A stretch of DNA of 64,000 nucleotides from Acidimicrobiia bacterium (lineage in GTDB: Bacteria; Acidobacteriota; Vicinamibacteria; Vicinamibacterales; CAVVIG01), in the NCBI GenBank assembly GCA_016871175.1, contig VFZL01000022.1:4533-68532 (forward strand). The letters run 5' to 3'. Positions within the stretch are counted from its first letter, which is position 1; every line of letters starts with the position of its first letter. Below are positions 9,802 through 19,888 of the stretch, one piece after another. The notes beneath the pieces are model-generated. The model worked only from the letters and a program-made list of their open reading frames with translations, was not told the origin of the DNA and did no database searches. A program made the position numbers and the translations under genes.

Positions 9802-12027
9802 ATGAACATGCATCGGATAGGACTCCGAACGGTCGTCGGCGCGCTGGTGGCGGGCTTGGGTGGGGCCGCCTTCGTCGCGTGGGCGGGCGTCCAGCCCTCC
9901 GCGCAACAACAGCGCGCGTCGGGCTTCATCCAGGGAACGGTGACCGGTCCGTCCGGCCCGGAAGCTGGCGTGTGGGTCATCGCTGAAACCAACCAGACGC
10001 CCACCAAACTGGTCAAGATCGTGGTCACGGACGATCAGGGGCGGTACGTGCTGCCGGAGATGCCGAACGCAACCTATGACATTTGGGTTCGCGGGTACGG
10101 CCTCGCCGATTCCCGGCCGGTGAAAGGGAAGCCGGGCGACACCGTCGCACTGAAGGCAGTGAAGGCATCGTCGCCGGCGGAGGCGGCCAAGGTCTATCCG
10201 GCCAACTACTGGTACTCGATGCTCGAGGTGCCGGCCAAGAGCGAGTTCCCGGGCAAGGGCGCCGACGTGAACGGCATCCCGCCGCTCTTCCAATCGCAGT
10301 CGCAGTTCATGGACCAGCTGAAGCAGGGCTGTCAGCTGTGCCACCAGCTCGGCAATCAGATAACGCGCACGTTGGACCACATGAAGCCGCTCGGCTTCAA
10401 GACCTCGCTCGAGGCGTGGGACTACCGCGTGAAAACCGGTCAGCGCGGTCCTGAGATGGACGGCATGATGAACCGACTCGGACCCGCCGCCAAGAAGATG
10501 TACGCGGACTGGACCGACCGGATCGCCAAGGGCGAAGTGCCGGCTCACACGCCGCCACGACCCAGGGGCGTTGAGCGCAACATCGTCGTCACGCTGTGGG
10601 ACTGGGGCAATGAGACGTCCTACATGCACGACGAGGTCTCGACCACGAAGGCCAAGCCGACGATGAACGCGAACGGGCCGGTGTACGCAGTGGACGCGGC
10701 GCACGGGAAATACATCGCGGTCAACATGAACGAGAACTCGGCCTACGAGATCCCGATTCCGACCCGCGACGATCCGAAGGCGATGCGCTCGCGCTTCCCG
10801 CAGACGCAGATCAAGCCGTCCAACTTCTGGGGACAGCAGATCGTGCACTCGGGCGTGTCGGATCCGCACAACCCGATGTTCGACAGCAAGGGCCGGTTGT
10901 GGAGCACCTCCACTGTCAGCCAGGGCGTCATCCCGGATTGGTGCAAGGACGCCAAGCTCAACAAGTACGCCGCGTACTTCCCGGCGACCAATCCGAGCAA
11001 CCGTCACGCGTCGTTCTTCGATGCGAAGACTGGCAAGCACGAGCTGCTCTACACCTGCTACGGCACCCACCACCTGCAGTTCAGTGAGGACGCCGAAGAG
11101 AAGGTGTTCTTCAGCGGTGGCGGGCCGACGATCCCGTGGGTGAACGTCAAGGTCTACGACCAGACCAGAGACGAGAAGCAGGCGGTGGGCTGGTGCCCGA
11201 CCGTCATCGACACCAACGGTGACGGCAAGATCACCAAGCCGTGGAACGAGCCAGTTGGTGGCGGCCGTTCCCAGAGCGAGGGCGGCGGCGGCGGGGCGCT
11301 CGGCAAGTTCGATCCGAAGCTCGACACGCGCGTCAACATCGGCAGCTACGGCGTCATCGTGAGCCCGACGGATCATTCCGTGTGGGCGGCGTCGACGAGC
11401 TATCCCGGGCGCATCGCGCGGCTCGATATCGGAAAGAATCCCCCCGAGAGCTGCATCACCGAGATGTACACGATTCCGAAGGACAGGGCCGACACCCACT
11501 TCGGGCCGCGTGGCATCGACGTGGATCGCAACGGCGTGATCTGGATGGCCCTGTCCGGCAGCGGCGGGTTCGCCAGCTTCGACCGTCGCAAGTGCAAGGT
11601 CTTCAAGGGCGGAGAGATCGTTGAAGGCCAGCAGTGCAACGAGGGCTGGAGCTTCTACCCGTTGAAGGACGGCGTGAACATGAAGGGCACCACCATCAAT
11701 GCCGACTTCCACTATTACAACTGGGTCGACCAGTTCAACACGAGCGGCCTCGGTGAGAACACGCCGATCGCCAACGGCTCGGGCTCCGACTCGCTGCTCG
11801 CGCTGAATACGAAGTCCGGCGACTACGTGACGCTCCGCGTCCCGTATCCGATGGGCTTCTACTCGCGCGGGTTGGACGGCCGCATCGATGACCCGAAGAG
11901 CGGATGGAGGGGCCGTGGGCTCTACGCGAACTACGGCACGAACTTCCTCTGGCACATCGAGGGCGGGAAGGGCACGAAGAGCAAGCTCGTGCGCTTCCAA
12001 GTCCGCCCGGATCCACTCGCGAAGTAA
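9802..12027 (+). CDS. Secreted protein: carboxypeptidase-regulatory-like domain, CxxCH and beta-propeller-like C-terminus
   Basis: Signal peptide, VTDDQGRY..P...Y.IWVRGYG, CQLCH, repeats like PRGIDVDRNGVIW. Confidence 0.75.
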   Translation: MNMHRIGLRTVVGALVAGLGGAAFVAWAGVQPSAQQQRASGFIQGTVTGPSGPEAGVWVIAETNQTPTKLVKIVVTDDQGRYVLPEMPNATYDIWVRGYGLADSRPVKGKPGDTVALKAVKASSPAEAAKVYPANYWYSMLEVPAKSEFPGKGADVNGIPPLFQSQSQFMDQLKQGCQLCHQLGNQITRTLDHMKPLGFKTSLEAWDYRVKTGQRGPEMDGMMNRLGPAAKKMYADWTDRIAKGEVPAHTPPRPRGVERNIVVTLWDWGNETSYMHDEVSTTKAKPTMNANGPVYAVDAAHGKYIAVNMNENSAYEIPIPTRDDPKAMRSRFPQTQIKPSNFWGQQIVHSGVSDPHNPMFDSKGRLWSTSTVSQGVIPDWCKDAKLNKYAAYFPATNPSNRHASFFDAKTGKHELLYTCYGTHHLQFSEDAEEKVFFSGGGPTIPWVNVKVYDQTRDEKQAVGWCPTVIDTNGDGKITKPWNEPVGGGRSQSEGGGGGALGKFDPKLDTRVNIGSYGVIVSPTDHSVWAASTSYPGRIARLDIGKNPPESCITEMYTIPKDRADTHFGPRGIDVDRNGVIWMALSGSGGFASFDRRKCKVFKGGEIVEGQQCNEGWSFYPLKDGVNMKGTTINADFHYYNWVDQFNTSGLGENTPIANGSGSDSLLALNTKSGDYVTLRVPYPMGFYSRGLDGRIDDPKSGWRGRGLYANYGTNFLWHIEGGKGTKSKLVRFQVRPDPLAK

Positions 12028-12051
12028 CGCGCGTCGAGCGGCGTGAGGTCG

Positions 12052-12088
12052 AAGGGGAACGGAGGCACCGCCTCCGTTCCCCTTTTTT
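12052..12088 (+). terminator. Rho-independent terminator
   Basis: aaggggaacggaggc-acc-gcctccgttcccctt followed by a T run. Confidence 0.9.
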
Positions 12089-12426
12089 GTTTGCGAGTCG
12101 GACGAAATGTCGGACCTGAAGGCGTTGCCACACGCCTCGGTCCTCGCCTGTCCGCGCTCGGCTGCCCTGAGACCGCGGTGGACGGCCTTCGACCTCCGCG
12201 CGTCGACCATCTGGTGCGCCGACATAAGGGTCGCTCTCACCGAGAGAGGCGCGGCTGTCCAGTGTTCGCCGTTCAACATGTGCCGTTGCAACGTGGCCGG
12301 TCGTGACTTTCCCATGCTGATGGGTGTCTTGATCGGTATCGGCTGTCGGTCGCAGCCAACAAGGGCCTCGGTCCCTCACCCTAACGTCCCCCAGGGGTGT
12401 CTTCCGGTCTCAGAGGGAGTATCTAC

Positions 12427-14369
12427 GTGAAGAGACATTCAGTCTGTGCGAGGTTGGTCGTGGGCGCGGCGGGCGCCACGCTCGTCGCGTCGCTTGCTTT
12501 CGGCCAATCCGCCATTGGACAAACCGGGTTCCCCGCCGGCTCCGCCTCAGGTCCGCCTGATGCGGTGCCGGGACAGTGCTACGCCCAGGTGGTCACGCCG
12601 GCGCAGTTCGCAACCCGCCCTGAGCAGGTTGTGAAGATCCCGGCGTCGACTCGGACCGAGGTGGTGCCGCCGACCTACAAGACGGTCAGCGAGCAGGTGC
12701 TCGTGAGCCCCGAATACAAACAGCGAGTACCCGTGGCGGCGACCCACAAGACGGTGACCGAGGAGGTGGAAACAGTCCCAGCATCCACGAAGTTGGAGAT
12801 TGTGCCGGCTACGTATAAGACGGTGACCGAGCGCGTCATGGTGAGGCCGGAGCGCAAAGAGCTGAGGACGGTCCCCGCGACGTACAAGACGGTGACCGAG
12901 TCGCTTGTCGATCGCCCAGCGTCGACCACCACCGTCACCGTTCCTGCGACGTTCAAGACTGTCTCCGAGCAGGTCATGGTGCGTCCGGCGTCGACGCGTT
13001 ACGAGCCGATCGCGATTCCGAGGCGCCCGGTGACCGAGGAGGTCGTCGTCGCCGAGGCCACGAGCCGTGTCGAGACGTCGGCGCCCACCTACCGTACCGT
13101 GTCCGAGCGCGTCGTGGTCAAAGAGGCTGGCAAACGCCTCGAGGAGGTTCCGGCGGCGTACGAGACCGTGACCGAGCGCGTCATGGTTGCGGAGGCCACC
13201 ACGGAGTGGAAGCGCGGTCGGGTGTGGCTCGGTCAGGCGCGCGAAGTGTGTCCGGTGAAAGGCTTCAAGCTTGATGCCGGCGGCAAGACCGCCAGCGGCA
13301 AGCGGGTCGACGCCGGGTGGCGCAAGCGCAAGGGCGGCGTAAACGATGACGTGATGTGCCTGGTGGAGATCCCGGCGCGCTACGAAAACGTGACGCGGAA
13401 GGTGCTGAAGACGCCCGCCTCCGTTCGTGAGGTCGAAGTGCCTGCCGAGTACGCGACGGTCACGCGTCAGGTGGTGGATGCGCCGGCCGGCTCTCGGACG
13501 GTCAACCTCCCCCCCACCTATGAGAAGGTCACGCGGATGGCCGTCGATGCCGCCGCTCTGAAGGCCCGTGGGTTCAAGTTCGACGAGCACGGTGAGGTGG
13601 TCGCCACGCCGACCGGTGAGCGCGTGCTGCGCGCCTCGTCTGTTGTGAACGCCGGCGTGACCGCCGCCGTTGGTACCGCGGGCACGAGGGGCACGCCAGC
13701 GGTGGCGAGGTCCACTCGTGCGTTGTCGGGCCAAGGGGCCTACGTCCGAGAGATTGCGATTCCCGCCGAGTACCGCACGGTGACCCGCGAGGTCATCGAC
13801 CAGCCGGCTTCGGTGAAGACGGTCGAAGTGCCGGCGACCTACAAGAAGGTAGCGCGCCGCGTCGAGGAGACGCCCGCGCGGACGGAGGAGGTCACCACTC
13901 CGGCGGAGTACACGACCGTGCAGCGCCAGGTGATCGATCAGCCTGCGACCACGCGCGAGATCAAGGTCCCGGCCGTCTATCAACCCGTCACGCGCAAAGT
14001 GCTGGCCACGCCGGCCTCCACGCGCGAGGTCCAGGTGCCCGCGGTGACGCGGCAGGTGGTCGACACGCCCGCGACGACTCGCGAGGTGGCCGTACCAGCC
14101 GTGTATGAGACGGTCAACAGACCGTGCAGGTGAGCGAAGCCAAGGCCGAGTGGCGGTCGATCCTTTGCGAGACCAACGCCACATCCGCGAAGATCAAGCA
14201 GATTCAGCGGGCGCTGCGTGCCGACGGGTTCGACCCGGGACCCATCGACGGTGTCATCCGCGACAAGACCATGCGCGCTGTGAACGCGTATCAACGCCGC
14301 AAGGGCCTGCCCGTGGATGCCTATCTCAATCTGGAGACCGTGAAGGCCCTGGGCGTATCGCCCCAGTAA
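12427..14369 (+). pseudogene. Secreted VPA(T/E)Y-repeat protein with C-terminal peptidoglycan-binding domain, frameshifted near 14120
   Basis: GAGGGAG RBS and GTG; ~23-aa repeats; the second frame continues EWRSILC..IQRAL..GFDPGPIDG (PG_binding_1-like). Confidence 0.7.
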
Positions 14370-14507
14370 GGGCCGACCCAGCCGCACCCGAGCACATCGG
14401 CGCTCGGAAAACAGCATCCTGTTGCAGGCGTCGCCGCGTAACCCTGCTGAGTTGGTCGGAGGCGCGTGGTACAATCCACGCTCTTACGATCGAGGGAATG
14501 AGGCAGG

Positions 14508-15299
14508 ATGTCGCTTGACCAGATCCTGGCGGTCATACCGCCCGGATCGCCTGACGAGGCGCTCGCGCGTCAGCTGAACTTCGACCAGTTGCCCTCCCAC
14601 GTGGCGATCATCATGGACGGCAACGGTCGGTGGGCGGCCCGCCGGCACCTGCCACGAGTGGAAGGGCATCGTGCCGGCATCGACGCGGTGCGCGACGTCG
14701 TCGAGACGTCGGCGCGTCTCGGCATCAAGGTGCTGACGCTCTACGCCTTCTCGGTCGAGAACTGGAAGCGCCCGAAGGCCGAGGTCAACACGCTGATGCT
14801 GCTGCTGAAGCGGTACATCCGCGCCGAGCTGAGCACGCTCGATCGCAACAACATCCGTTTCAGGGCCATCGGACGGATCGATGAGCTCGCGCCGGACGTT
14901 CAGGCCGATCTCGCGCTGGGTGTCGAGCGGACCGCCGCGAATACCGGCATGCTGTTCAACATCGCGTTGAACTACGGCGGGCGGTCCGAGATCGTCGACG
15001 CAGTACGACGCGCGATGGCTTCGGGGGTCGCACCCGCCGATCTCGACGAGCCCATCTTCAGCACGTTCCTGTACACGGGCGGCCAACCTGACCCCGATCT
15101 CCTCATCCGCACGAGCGGCGAAATGCGCGTGAGCAATTTCCTGCTCTGGCAGATAGCGTATGCCGAGATCTGGGTGACGGAGACGCTGTGGCCCGACTTC
15201 CGTCGCCGCGATCTGCTCGAAGCGGTGCTCGCGTACCAGAAGCGAGATCGCCGGTACGGCGGGATCAAGGCGTCACCTGTCGCGCTCAGCGCGAAGTGA
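14508..15299 (+). CDS. uppS: Undecaprenyl diphosphate synthase
   Basis: HVAIIMDGNGRWA, FSVENWKRP, LIRTSGEMRVSNFLLWQ. Confidence 0.97.
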   Translation: MSLDQILAVIPPGSPDEALARQLNFDQLPSHVAIIMDGNGRWAARRHLPRVEGHRAGIDAVRDVVETSARLGIKVLTLYAFSVENWKRPKAEVNTLMLLLKRYIRAELSTLDRNNIRFRAIGRIDELAPDVQADLALGVERTAANTGMLFNIALNYGGRSEIVDAVRRAMASGVAPADLDEPIFSTFLYTGGQPDPDLLIRTSGEMRVSNFLLWQIAYAEIWVTETLWPDFRRRDLLEAVLAYQKRDRRYGGIKASPVALSAK

Positions 15300-15324
15300 T
15301 GTCAGACTCGGCGGAGGCGGCGCG

Positions 15325-16143
15325 ATGACGCGCGTCCTCAGCGGCGCGGTCATGGTGGCGCTCGCTGTCGCGGTCGTGTGGTTCGCTCCTCCGCTGTTGT
15401 TCCTGATAGTCGCGCAGGTGTTACTCATCTTGGCGTTGTACGAGTACCTGTCCCTCGCGGGCCTGAGACCTGGCGGTGGGCTCGGTGGCGGGAGCATCGC
15501 GCTCGCGGGCCTGGCCGGGGCGGCGGCTGTCGCGACGAGCCTGGCGACGGCGATGTCCTCGTCGAATCGACCGCTGCTCGTCGCGATCCTCCTCCTCATC
15601 ATCGTCGTCATGGGAACGGCCTCGATGGTGCGGTGGGCGGGCGGGAGTGACGCGCTGGCCACGGTTGCGGTGGCCCTGTTTCCCACGCTCTACGTCGGCC
15701 TGCCCATCGGGGCGCTGGTGCTCATCCGCGAGCGCTACGGGGTACGGGGGTTGTTCCTGCTGATGCTCACCGTCATGATCAGCGATACCGCCCAGTACTA
15801 CACGGGACGCGCCCTGGGACGACGGCCGCTTGCTCCGGCCATCAGTCCCAAGAAGACGATCGAGGGGGCGATCGGCGGGTTCGTGGTGGGCGGGTTCGCC
15901 TTTGCCCTGATCGGCACGTCGTGGCTGCCGCAGCCCGCGTGGTCGTGGCCGCTTCGCGTGGGGCTGGGTGGTGTCCTCGTCTCGGCTGGCATCGCCGGTG
16001 ATCTCTTCGAGTCGATGTTGAAACGGAGTGCAGGTGTGAAGGACAGTTCGTCGCTCATCCCCGGTCACGGCGGCGTGCTCGATCGTATCGACGCGTTGCT
16101 CTTCGCGGCGCCCGTGTATTTCTGCGCGCTGACATATCTGTGA
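15325..16143 (+). CDS. cdsA: Phosphatidate cytidylyltransferase
   Basis: SPKKTIEG, GDLFESMLKR, KDS...PGHGGVLDRID. Confidence 0.95.
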   Translation: MTRVLSGAVMVALAVAVVWFAPPLLFLIVAQVLLILALYEYLSLAGLRPGGGLGGGSIALAGLAGAAAVATSLATAMSSSNRPLLVAILLLIIVVMGTASMVRWAGGSDALATVAVALFPTLYVGLPIGALVLIRERYGVRGLFLLMLTVMISDTAQYYTGRALGRRPLAPAISPKKTIEGAIGGFVVGGFAFALIGTSWLPQPAWSWPLRVGLGGVLVSAGIAGDLFESMLKRSAGVKDSSSLIPGHGGVLDRIDALLFAAPVYFCALTYL

Positions 16144-17306
16144 AGTCGATTGCGATAGTCGGATCCACCGGGTCGATCGGGCAGAGCGCGCTGGCGGTGG
16201 TCGACGCCCACTCGGAGCGCTTGCGCGTCGTTGCGCTGGCGGCGGGTGAGAACGTCGATCGGTTGTCGGCACAAACTCAGCGCTATCGTCCACGCCTCGT
16301 GTCGATGGGGACCGCGGACGCGCGCCGCCGTCTGCTCGCGCAGGGGCTCCCTGCTGAAGTCACGGTCGCGGCGCCCGGGCGCGAGGGCCTCGTCGCGGTC
16401 GCGTCGCACCCGGACGCCGAGCTCGTGCTGTTCGCGTCCGCGGGCACCGATAGTCTCGAGGCCGTGCTGGCGGCGATCGCGTGCGGCAAGACGATTGCGC
16501 TCGCGAACAAGGAGATTCTCGTCATGGCCGGTCGCATCGTGACAGAGGCGGCGCAGCGCCGCGGCGTGACGATTCTGCCGGTCGACAGCGAGCACAACGC
16601 GATCCATCAGTGTCTGCACGGTCGACACGCGGCCGAGGTGAAGCGGCTCGTCCTGACGGCATCCGGCGGGCCCTTTCGCGGGTGGAGCGCCGATCGGCTC
16701 GCCGGTGTCACGGCCGCGGATGCGCTCCGCCATCCCACTTGGCAGATGGGCCGAAAGATCACGATCGATTCGGCGACGCTCATGAACAAAGGCCTCGAAG
16801 TGATCGAGGCGCATTGGCTGTTTGGTGTCATGGCGCACCAGATTGACGTCGTGATCCACCCGCAGTCCGTGGTGCACTCGATGGTCGAGCTCGTGGACGG
16901 ATCGCTCATTGCACAGCTCGGCGTCACCGACATGCGGTTGCCGATTCAGTACGCGTTCTCCTATCCGGCCCGCTGGACCGCCGCGCTGCCATCACTTGAT
17001 TTGGCGCGCGCCGGCACGCTGGAGTTTGCCGAGCCCGACCGCGCGGCGTTCCCTTGCCTCGGGCTGGCGTACCGGGCGCTGGAAGGGCCCGGCAGCGTGG
17101 CCGTGGTCCTCAACGCCGCCAACGAGATTGCGGTGGCGCGGTTCCTGGAAGGGCGGATCGCCTTCACCGCCATCGGGCGTCTGATCGAAGACACGGTGAA
17201 TGCCCACACGCCCGTCGAGGTGCGGAGCCTCGCAGAAGTGCGCACGGTCGACGCGTGGGCCCGAGATCACGCGCGCGAGCTGGCTCGCGGAGTAGAATTA
17301 GTCTGA
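16140..17306 (+). CDS. dxr: 1-deoxy-D-xylulose 5-phosphate reductoisomerase
   Basis: GSTGSIG, LANKE, PVDSEH, SATLMNKGLE. Confidence 0.97.
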   Translation: MKSIAIVGSTGSIGQSALAVVDAHSERLRVVALAAGENVDRLSAQTQRYRPRLVSMGTADARRRLLAQGLPAEVTVAAPGREGLVAVASHPDAELVLFASAGTDSLEAVLAAIACGKTIALANKEILVMAGRIVTEAAQRRGVTILPVDSEHNAIHQCLHGRHAAEVKRLVLTASGGPFRGWSADRLAGVTAADALRHPTWQMGRKITIDSATLMNKGLEVIEAHWLFGVMAHQIDVVIHPQSVVHSMVELVDGSLIAQLGVTDMRLPIQYAFSYPARWTAALPSLDLARAGTLEFAEPDRAAFPCLGLAYRALEGPGSVAVVLNAANEIAVARFLEGRIAFTAIGRLIEDTVNAHTPVEVRSLAEVRTVDAWARDHARELARGVELV

Positions 17307-17318
17307 GGGTTTGCGCCT

Positions 17319-18641
17319 GTGACGTACATTCTCCCTTTCATCCTCGTTTTGGGTGTGGTGGTGTTCGTGCACGAGCTCGGACACTTCCTGGCCGCGAAGC
17401 GGCTCGGCATCAAGGTGCTGAAGTTCCAACTGGGCTTCAACCCCACCATCTTCAGCATCAGACGAGGCGACACCGAGTACAGCATCGGTGCGTTGCCGCT
17501 CGGCGGCTACGTCAAGATGGCGGGCGAGAACCCGGATGAGGACCGCCAAGGGCATCCCGAGGAGTTCCTCTCGCGCACGAAGTGGGAACGCTTTCAGGTG
17601 CTGGTGATGGGACCCGTGATGAACGTGGTGCTCGCGTACCTGCTGACCATCGTCATCCTTTATCAGGGCGTCAGAGTGCCGGCGTACGACGATCGGCCGG
17701 TCGATGTGGGCGCAGTCGCCGCGAACTCCGCGGCAGCGGCCGCCGATATCCGGCCCGGCGATCGGATCGTATCGGTTGGCAGCCGTACCGTCGAGACGTG
17801 GGAAGAGTTCTCGCTCTTGACTGCCGGACGTGCGAATCAGGATACCGACTTCGGCGTCATGCGCGACGGCACGTTGCGCACGGTGACCTTCAAAGTTGGC
17901 GCGGCGAAGGATAGCAGCTGGGAGATAGGCGACTCCGGCCTGCTGCCCGATGTGCATCCGGTCATTCCCGCCGTGATTGCCGGTGAACCTGCCGAAAAAT
18001 CGGGCATCAAAGCAGGTGACATCGTCACCGCCGTAAACGGCCAGCGGATCACGCTTGCCTCGGAGCTGCGCCGGGTCATCGGCGCCAGTGCGGGCCGAGA
18101 GATTACCGTGTCCCTGCTGCGTGACGGAACCCCGGTCGATGTACGAGCGACGCCGGTCGATCGTGACAATCGCGGCGTTCTCGGCATCCATCTCGCCGAC
18201 GAGACCAAGGAGATCAAGCCGAGCTTCGTTCAGGCGCTTGGACTGAGCGCCGAGAAGAACGTCCAGTACGCGGGCCTTATCGTGACGACGCTCGCTGGTT
18301 TGTTCACCCGCGAGACCAGCCCGAAACAGCTGATGGGCCCGATCGCGATCGCGCAGTTGTCCGGTGAATCAGCGGCGGCGGGATGGCTGGCGATCCTCGG
18401 CCTCATGGCGTCGATCAGCTTGAACCTGGGGCTGCTGAACCTGATGCCCATTCCCATGCTCGACGGTGGGCACATCACCATCATGGCGCTCGAGGGCGTC
18501 GCACGGCGAGATTTCAGCATGAAGGTCAAGGAAAAGATGCTGTTCGTCGGCCTCGTCCTGCTGGTCTCCCTCATGGTCACGGTGATCTACAACGATCTCA
18601 CCAGAATCAGCTGGATCGAACGCCTGATGCCCTGGCGATAG
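17319..18641 (+). CDS. rseP: RIP metalloprotease with two PDZ domains
   Basis: HELGH, LGGYVKM, NLMPIPMLDGG. Confidence 0.95.
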   Translation: MTYILPFILVLGVVVFVHELGHFLAAKRLGIKVLKFQLGFNPTIFSIRRGDTEYSIGALPLGGYVKMAGENPDEDRQGHPEEFLSRTKWERFQVLVMGPVMNVVLAYLLTIVILYQGVRVPAYDDRPVDVGAVAANSAAAAADIRPGDRIVSVGSRTVETWEEFSLLTAGRANQDTDFGVMRDGTLRTVTFKVGAAKDSSWEIGDSGLLPDVHPVIPAVIAGEPAEKSGIKAGDIVTAVNGQRITLASELRRVIGASAGREITVSLLRDGTPVDVRATPVDRDNRGVLGIHLADETKEIKPSFVQALGLSAEKNVQYAGLIVTTLAGLFTRETSPKQLMGPIAIAQLSGESAAAGWLAILGLMASISLNLGLLNLMPIPMLDGGHITIMALEGVARRDFSMKVKEKMLFVGLVLLVSLMVTVIYNDLTRISWIERLMPWR

Positions 18642-18701
18642 GACACACCTTGCGTGTCCCGGCGCTTCGATGTGCGGTTTCAATACGGCCAAAATTTGCT
18701 T

Positions 18702-18729
18702 TGAACCTCATCCGCGTGTACGGCGTCCA
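18702..18729 (+). promoter_or_regulatory. Candidate ECF-sigma promoter
   Basis: TGAACC-N16-CGTCCA upstream of the GGAGG RBS and GTG at 18762. Confidence 0.45.
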
Positions 18730-18761
18730 ATTTGCAAGGTTGGGTCGAAACGGAGGTTCTT

Positions 18762-19277
18762 GTGAAGCTCATCCACTTGGGTTCGTTTGGAGCGATTGTG
18801 GCGATGTTGTTTGCGCTGGCGGTTCCGGCAGCCGCGCAGAGTCAGAACTCGATGTCGAACGCCGACGTCCAGCGCCTCGAGGCCGCCATTTCCGATGCGT
18901 CGCGGGAGTTGGCGGGCGTGGGACAGCGCGATCTTTCGCCGCAGCTCGAGGGCATGCTCGAGGAAGCGCGGGAGGACACCATCTACCTGAAGGTGAAAAT
19001 GCGAAAGGGCGAGTCGGTGCCGCGGTCCGAGTACTTCGACCTGCGTGACCGCATCGACGACATCCGAGCCCGCGCGAAGGGGACGGCCGCGCCGCCGCGC
19101 GCGACGACATCCGGCTCCGCGCCTGCCGCCACGGCCGGAGGTGCCAGCCCGTCGAACCCAGGTCGATCGACCGCTTCCCGCGGCGAGTGTTCGGCGGATT
19201 GGCGAGCGTTGGTGTCGAGGGCGGTGGCGTGGCCTTCTGGGCCCACGCCGGAGGCTTTCTCGCCGGCCTCGTACTGA
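18762..19277 (+). CDS. Secreted hypothetical protein, probably truncated at ~19180
   Basis: GGAGG RBS, signal peptide, helical domain, Pro/Ala/Ser linker; the tail runs out of frame over a rhomboid remnant. Confidence 0.6.
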   Translation: MKLIHLGSFGAIVAMLFALAVPAAAQSQNSMSNADVQRLEAAISDASRELAGVGQRDLSPQLEGMLEEAREDTIYLKVKMRKGESVPRSEYFDLRDRIDDIRARAKGTAAPPRATTSGSAPAATAGGASPSNPGRSTASRGECSADWRALVSRAVAWPSGPTPEAFSPASY

Positions 19278-19366
19278 TCAAGCTGTTCGCCACCTCGTCT
19301 CGCGTCACCGCACATTCGTCCGAGCACTTCCAACCGCGTCGAGTCGGTTGGGAGTACCGTCGTTAA
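19187..19366 (+). pseudogene. C-terminal remnant of a rhomboid protease
   Basis: Manual translation VFGGLASVGVEGGGVAFWAHAGGFLAGLVLIKLF...* holds the catalytic-His motif AHxGGxxxG; no GxSG half upstream. Confidence 0.75.
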
Positions 19367-19412
19367 CCGGTGGGGGCTCCGCCCCGAAACGCGGCTCAGT
19401 GGCGGGGCGGGC

Positions 19413-19835
19413 CTAATGAGCTCGGAGCAAGAGCACCGGGATCCTCACGAGGTGCCGAAGTCGATCGACTGTCGTTCCCTTGACGACATCAGCGAGGAAG
19501 CGGTGACCGTGCGTGGACATCGCGATGAGGTCGGACCCTTCGGCCTCTGCCACACGGATGAGCTCAGTGACCGGATCGCCTTTCGCGAGTCGCGTCCGGA
19601 CCGGAAACCCTTCGTCCCTGAGCGTCGCCTCGAGCGTCGCCAGGTACTCACGGTCCGTACGCATCTCCTCAGACTCACGGAGCTGAAGGTCGTCGAAGTG
19701 GCGCGCGGCCCATCCGTCAGCCACGTGAACGAGCAGCAGCTCGGCGCCCGTCAGGCGCGCGAGCCCGCGGATGTGCGTGAGAATGGTCTGGTCGGCGTCC
19801 GAGTTCTCGATGGCGACGAGGATCCGCTTGTACAT
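19413..19835 (-). CDS. Universal stress protein
   Basis: MYKRILVA, DLIAMSTHGH, GTT...IPVLL. Confidence 0.9.
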   Translation of the reverse strand: MYKRILVAIENSDADQTILTHIRGLARLTGAELLLVHVADGWAARHFDDLQLRESEEMRTDREYLATLEATLRDEGFPVRTRLAKGDPVTELIRVAEAEGSDLIAMSTHGHRFLADVVKGTTVDRLRHLVRIPVLLLRAH

Positions 19836-19888
19836 GCCCAGAGCCGCGAATCTTACCCTATGCGCAGAGCGCCCGACTTGACGTGATC

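Noticed and set aside
9787-12315. 842-aa ORF on the minus strand (and similar long antisense ORFs such as 1082-2509, 12547-14184, 47492-49051)
   Set aside because: Shadows of real genes in high-GC DNA; no recognisable motifs.
12089-12426. Long intergenic gaps (also 35232-35539, 42100-42347) as hidden genes or RNAs
   Set aside because: I found no convincing ORF, RBS or recognisable RNA motif.
12600-14120. Regular ~69-nt repeats that could suggest a CRISPR array
   Set aside because: They are degenerate in-frame coding repeats with no unique spacers, and no cas genes are present.
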